From the NCBI GenBank assembly GCA_043785755.1, contig JAYVWV010000033.1:1-50458 (forward strand): a stretch of DNA of 50,458 bases, written 5' to 3'. Of the stretch, positions 46,701 to 50,458 are shown piece after piece. Made by a program: the position numbers and the translations under genes. Position 1 is the stretch's first letter. Each line of letters opens with the position of its first letter. Source of the stretch: Candidatus Moraniibacteriota bacterium. Lineage in GTDB: Bacteria; Patescibacteriota; Minisyncoccia; Moranbacterales; UBA1568. The notes beneath the pieces were generated by a model. It saw nothing but the letters and a program-made list of their open reading frames with translations, had not been told where the DNA came from and searched no databases.

Positions 46701-47596
46701 TAGAGAAGAGTGTGTACCAGCAATTGGAAAAGGCCCTCATTGATAAACTGAGTTTTCTGGTTGATAAAAAAGAGATTGATCCGAAAAAGGCGGGGCACTT
46801 GCTTCATGCGTATCAGCTAGCCGCACCGTTTGAGTCATTCCAGAAAATGGGAAAACAGACCGGCATACTTTTCTACACGCAGGCCAGCTACACTTCGAAG
46901 ATAGACCCGCTCACTGGTTGGCGACCAAGTCTGTATCTCAAATATGCAAACGCAAAAAAATCCCAGGAAGATATTTCGAAATTTTCCAGTATCGTATTCA
47001 ATGAAAAGGAAAATCGATTCGAGTTTCTCTATGATGTAAAATTCTTTCAGAATCTCAAGGAGTGGCCGGAGAATACCATCTGGACAGCGTGCTCGTGTGT
47101 GGAGCGTTTCCGGTGGAACAAAACGCTCAATCAAAATAAGGGCGACTACGAACACTATATAGATGTGACGGAAAATTTTAAAACACTTTTTGAGAAGTTT
47201 GGCATAGACAGCCATGTTGATATACAGAAACAAATCAAAGCATTGAAGATTGATGGTAACGAAAAGTTTTTCCGTGATTTTATATTTTTCTGGAATTTGA
47301 TGTGTCAGATTCGTAACACGGATCCCAGTAAGAAGAAGGATGATCCTACCGGTGATTTCCTGCTCTCCCCGATAGAGCCTTTCTTTGACAGTCGCCTGTC
47401 AGAAGTCAGTAAGTTGGGGCTTCCAAAAAATGGAGACGACAATGGCGCATTCAATATCGCTCGTAAGGGACTTTGTATTCTTGAGAAGATAGCGGCCTTT
47501 AAGAAAAAAGAAGGAAGTCTGAGGAACATGAAATGGGGCGACTTATATATATCGCATAGCGATTGGGATACGTTTGCCCAGAGAAAGCGCCCATAA
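43721..47596 (+). CDS. cas12a: CRISPR-associated endonuclease Cas12a (Cpf1), type V-A effector
   Basis: 1291 aa. Motifs seen:
- The N-terminus …[14 protein letters not shown]… is Cas12a-typical.
- WED/PI region: [29 protein letters not shown].
- Pre-crRNA RNase motif: [10 protein letters not shown] (His about residue 861).
- RuvC-I: [16 protein letters not shown] (Asp about 896, codon 46406-46408).
- Bridge helix: W.[17 protein letters not shown].
- RuvC-II: [9 protein letters not shown] (Glu about 981, codon 46661-46663).
- Nuc region: …[13 protein letters not shown]….
- RuvC-III: [13 protein letters not shown] (Asp about 1239).

There is no HNH insert. cas4-cas1-cas2 and a Cas12a-type array follow. 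Confidence 0.95.
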   Translation: [1291 protein letters not shown]

Positions 47597-47624
47597 GGGC
47601 ATCGTGATTTTTCGGGCATTGACA

Positions 47625-47657
47625 GAAACAGCCAATGGGTATACCGTTGGCTGTTTC
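47625..47657 (+). terminator. hairpin between cas12a and cas4 (possible attenuator/terminator)
   Basis: GAAACAGCCAA (47625-47635) pairs with TTGGCTGTTTC (47647-47657). That is an 11-bp perfect stem with an 11-nt loop, followed by ATCATGTTTT (a weak T tract). It lies 29 nt after the cas12a stop and 15 nt before the cas4 ATG. Confidence 0.35.
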
Positions 47658-47671
47658 ATCATGTTTTAGAT

Positions 47672-48220
47672 ATGGAGACACTCATCCAGATTTCCAAGAT
47701 CAATGACTTCCTTTTTTGTCCAAGGTCGCTCTATTTTCATTCCATTTATGAGGGCTTTGCTGAGTCAACGTACCATTCCTCGCCGCAGACAAGAGGAAAG
47801 CTGAATCATACGACGATCGATACCGGAACATACGCCTCCGAAGAGACATTTCTTCAAGGGCTCGAGGTTTATTCCGAGGTGTACGGATTGATTGGAAAAA
47901 TAGACTTGTATGATCGGGGAAAAAAGACCTTGATCGAAAGAAAATCAAAAATATCATTCCTTCATAAGGGATATTTCTTCCAGATGTATGCGCAGTATTT
48001 CGCCATGAAAGAGATGGGGTTTATCGTCGATCATCTCGTTCTCCGTTCATTGGCGGATAACAAGCGGTATGATGTCCCGCTGCCGACTGGTGATGAGCTC
48101 GCTGATTTTGAGAAAACAGTAAGAGAAATACAGAATTTTGATATCATAACGGCGCCGCTGGAAAGCAATTTGAAGAAGTGCGACCACTGTATCTATCGGG
48201 CGCTCTGTCGTCCTGAATAA
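47672..48220 (+). CDS. cas4: CRISPR-associated exonuclease Cas4
   Basis: 182 aa. The N-terminal Cys is in FLFCPRSLYF. RecB-like motifs are GKIDLY, IERKSK and the QhxxY-like FQMYAQY. The C-terminal Cys triad is CDHCIYRALC, giving four Cys for a 4Fe-4S cluster. Confidence 0.9.
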   Translation: METLIQISKINDFLFCPRSLYFHSIYEGFAESTYHSSPQTRGKLNHTTIDTGTYASEETFLQGLEVYSEVYGLIGKIDLYDRGKKTLIERKSKISFLHKGYFFQMYAQYFAMKEMGFIVDHLVLRSLADNKRYDVPLPTGDELADFEKTVREIQNFDIITAPLESNLKKCDHCIYRALCRPE

Positions 48221-48237
48221 TTTTTTTACGTCATACT

Positions 48238-49221
48238 ATGTTGACGCTCCCAGATTTTCGTGAAAAGCAGATTCTCTTCGTTCAGCCGGAGGCTGGAAAG
48301 GAATATCGGTTGAAAATAAGGAATCAGAACATCGCCTACGAAGAAGACGGCAAAGTAGTGAATCAGGTCGCTTGTAGCAAGGTGATATCACTCTTTGTGT
48401 TGGGAGAGCTTTCCTTTACGAGCGTGCTCTTGCGGAAGTGTCTCGAAAACGGCGTTTCAATCCATTTTCTCAAGCGCAACCTCGAAACCTATGCAACGGT
48501 CGGCGCCGAAGCATCGGGTAATTATCTGCTTCGGGGGAAGCAATATGCACTCTCGCCCGAGTCCGGAATGGATATCGCACGATATATCGTGAAGAACAAA
48601 ACCGGCAATCAGCTATCGCTCCTTGCGCTTCGCGGTCTGAAAGAAATCGGTGCTGAGAATATGCCAATAATCGAGTATCGAAAGTATATCTGGGAGAAAA
48701 TCGATGCAGCGAAGGACAATCAGTCGCTTCTTGGTATCGAGGGAGAAATGAGTAAGAAATTCTTTCAATCATATTTCTCTGATATCGGATGGCGTCGTCG
48801 CATCCCAAGGGGAAAGACTGATCCGGACAATATCCTCCTCGATATTGGTTATACGATACTGTTTAACTACGTCGATTCGCTCTTACGGCTCTTCGGTTTC
48901 GATACCTATCGTGGCGTGTATCACCGATTGTTTTTTCAGCGGAAATCACTTTCTTGCGATATCGAAGAACCGTTCCGTTGTCTCATAGAAAAGAAACTCT
49001 TGAAGATGCGTCACCTTGGACAGGTAGATGACAAAGACTTCGGACACTCAACGAAGTCACGGCAATATTTCTTAAAATACGAGCATAGTAGCAAGTATGC
49101 CAAGCTGTTTACCGAAGCGATTCTCGATGAAAAAGAGGAGATTTTCAAGTATGTGCGAGCATTCTATTATGTCGTATTGAATGGTGAGGGGGAGCTCCCA
49201 TATTTTGATGTGAATGTTTGA
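48238..49221 (+). CDS. cas1: CRISPR-associated integrase Cas1
   Basis: 327 aa. The segments LLGIEGEMSKKFF, NILLDIGYTILFN and GVYHRLFFQRKSLSCDIEEPFR carry the conserved Glu/His/Asp-Glu catalytic context of Cas1. The gene sits between cas4 and cas2. Confidence 0.92.
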   Translation: MLTLPDFREKQILFVQPEAGKEYRLKIRNQNIAYEEDGKVVNQVACSKVISLFVLGELSFTSVLLRKCLENGVSIHFLKRNLETYATVGAEASGNYLLRGKQYALSPESGMDIARYIVKNKTGNQLSLLALRGLKEIGAENMPIIEYRKYIWEKIDAAKDNQSLLGIEGEMSKKFFQSYFSDIGWRRRIPRGKTDPDNILLDIGYTILFNYVDSLLRLFGFDTYRGVYHRLFFQRKSLSCDIEEPFRCLIEKKLLKMRHLGQVDDKDFGHSTKSRQYFLKYEHSSKYAKLFTEAILDEKEEIFKYVRAFYYVVLNGEGELPYFDVNV

Positions 49222-49224
49222 TAT

Positions 49225-49503
49225 ATGTTGATTATTTCCTATGACTTCGAATCAAATCGGACACGGGCTCGATTTGCCAAATTTATCCTAAAGCATGGGC
49301 GTCGAATTCAGTATTCTGTCTTCGAAATCCGGAATAGCGACCGCGTCTTGCGGAATATCCTAGATGAGATAGAATTACATTATAGTAAGAAGTTCACCGG
49401 CGCCGACAGTATCCTCATTTTTCAAGTCTGCGAAGGTTGCAAGAAAAAGGTGATACGATACGGATACGCCAAGAATGAGGAGACAGAAATCATTGTTTTT
49501 TGA
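49225..49503 (+). CDS. cas2: CRISPR-associated endoribonuclease Cas2
   Basis: 92 aa. MLIISYDFESNRTRARFAKFILKHGRRIQYSVFEI shows the ferredoxin-fold Cas2 N-terminal YD motif and Q.SVFE. It starts 3 nt after the cas1 stop. Confidence 0.9.
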   Translation: MLIISYDFESNRTRARFAKFILKHGRRIQYSVFEIRNSDRVLRNILDEIELHYSKKFTGADSILIFQVCEGCKKKVIRYGYAKNEETEIIVF

Positions 49504-49653
49504 AAATTGATCAAGGGTACAAATCTTTATGGGAATATTTTCACGCCAAAACCTCAGTGTCCGAGAAATCGGAATCGCCTATCTAAGCCAAAAATTCGTA
49601 GCCTCTCGAAGAAGCTATTTGCATATTTTTGGCTTAGGTAAAGCAACTGACCT
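49504..49653 (+). promoter_or_regulatory. CRISPR leader
   Basis: 150-bp AT-rich non-coding stretch between cas2 and the first repeat. It contains a 13-15 bp inverted repeat (49581-49595 / 49625-39), CTAAGCCAAAAAT…ATTTTTGGCTTAG. I could not identify a convincing -35/-10 pair. Confidence 0.5.
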
Positions 49654-50458
49654 GCCGAATGAGCCTATAAGATTTCTACTGTTGTAGATATGGTGTCGTG
49701 GCTAAAGGAACAATTGCCGAATGAGCCTATAAGATTTCTACTGTTGTAGATATACAGCGTCGACAAAAGCTTTCTGAGCCGAATGAGCCTATAAGATTTC
49801 TACTGTTGTAGATATATCACCTTCTGTCGCCGCCACGCGCCGAATGAGCCTATAAGATTTCTACTGTTGTAGATTGGTAACTCGCTATCATATCCCCCGC
49901 GCCGAATGAGCCTATAAGATTTCTACTGTTGTAGATGGCGAAACCAATATGGAGACTAGCGGGCCGAATGAGCCTATAAGATTTCTACTGTTGTAGATGG
50001 GTTGAGGTGGTTGACGAAGATGTGGCCGAATGAGCCTATAAGATTTCTACTGTTGTAGATACTATGAAAGTATCTACCTGAATAACCGCCGAATGAGCCT
50101 ATAAGATTTCTACTGTTGTAGATTATGGTCACTACTCCGTCTTTCCCCAGCCGAATGAGCCTATAAGATTTCTACTGTTGTAGATCCGGTTGCGGTCTGT
50201 TCTCTCACTGTGCCGAATGAGCCTATAAGATTTCTACTGTTGTAGATCAATATGCAGTATGAAAAACGGGTTTGCCGAATGAGCCTATAAGATTTCTACT
50301 GTTGTAGATATTACGCGAAGATACCAGATATCATAGCCGAATGAGCCTATAAGATTTCTACTGTTGTAGATTAACAGCGTTTCCTATTCCTTTTCCAGCC
50401 GAATGAGCCTATAAGATTTCTACTGTTGTAGATAATAGCTGGTTTCGGGTGGCTTAAC
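49654..50458 (+). CRISPR. type V-A CRISPR array: 13 identical 36-nt repeats, runs to the window edge
   Basis: The repeat is GCCGAATGAGCCTATAAGATTTCTACTGTTGTAGAT. Copies start at 49654, 49716, 49778, 49839, 49901, 49963, 50025, 50088, 50150, 50212, 50274, 50336 and 50398. All 13 copies are identical. Spacers are 26, 26, 25, 26, 26, 26, 27, 26, 26, 26, 26 and 26 nt, plus 25 nt before the window ends. The 3' end of the repeat forms the TCTAC/GTAGA stem typical of Cas12a crRNA handles, in sense orientation on +. Confidence 0.97.

Noticed and set aside
49690-50458. Self-targeting spacers, meaning a match of any spacer to the rest of the window.
   Set aside because: No match was noticed by visual comparison of the 13 spacers with the window. 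This is a weak negative that needs a proper BLASTN search, so it is not reported as a finding.
1-50458. tRNA, rRNA, tmRNA, RNase P or SRP RNA genes in the intergenic regions.
   Set aside because: No cloverleaf-compatible 70-90 nt segment and no hallmark conserved blocks were recognised in the gaps larger than 80 bp. The hallmarks I looked for included the GGAAAGTCCGG of RNase P and tmRNA termini. The scan was by eye only, so tRNAscan-SE or cmsearch should confirm.

Overview
The window is a tightly packed stretch of about 50% GC, coded almost entirely on the + strand. It looks like a small-genome bacterium. The gene content (a type IV pilus-like cluster, DUF4012, a short dcw fragment, scattered rhamnose genes, many 4-bp gene overlaps) resembles Candidate Phyla Radiation / Parcubacteria-like genomes, but that taxonomic call is inference only.

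Gene order, left to right:
- A nucleotidyltransferase-like ORF.
- A pilus module: pilC, three pseudopilin-like genes, pilM/N/O-like genes and a small membrane ORF.
- rlmN, capA-like, miaB-like, xth, rarA.
- A small accessory patch: a GC-rich minus-strand PEP-CTERM protein, a small ORF and bcp.
- pepA, then mraZ-rsmH-ftsL-ftsI-murF.
- A DUF475 gene broken by an in-frame TAG, and a KH-domain protein.
- rfbC-rfbB, nudix, two hydrolases, a HAM1-like gene, a membrane/transglutaminase-like protein.
- rfbD, glyA, rfbA, galU, a glycosyltransferase, DUF4012, murJ.
- A degraded islet, then lepA.

The stand-out feature is at the right end (43721 to the window edge). It is a complete class 2 type V-A CRISPR-Cas locus: cas12a (cpf1, 1291 aa, RuvC-only effector), cas4, cas1, cas2, a roughly 150-bp leader, and an array of 13 identical 36-nt repeats. 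The repeats end in the Cas12a handle TCTACTGTTGTAGAT. Spacers are 25-27 nt and I found no tracrRNA candidate.

Secondary observations:
- A three-copy family of 180-240 bp intergenic foldback elements whose outermost stems differ between copies but stay self-complementary.
- Two GC-rich foreign-looking genes next to those elements.
- An amber-interrupted DUF475 gene.
- A 400-bp structured intergenic region upstream of rfbC.

I recognised no rRNA or tRNA genes. All homology statements come from motif recognition by eye. No database search was run.
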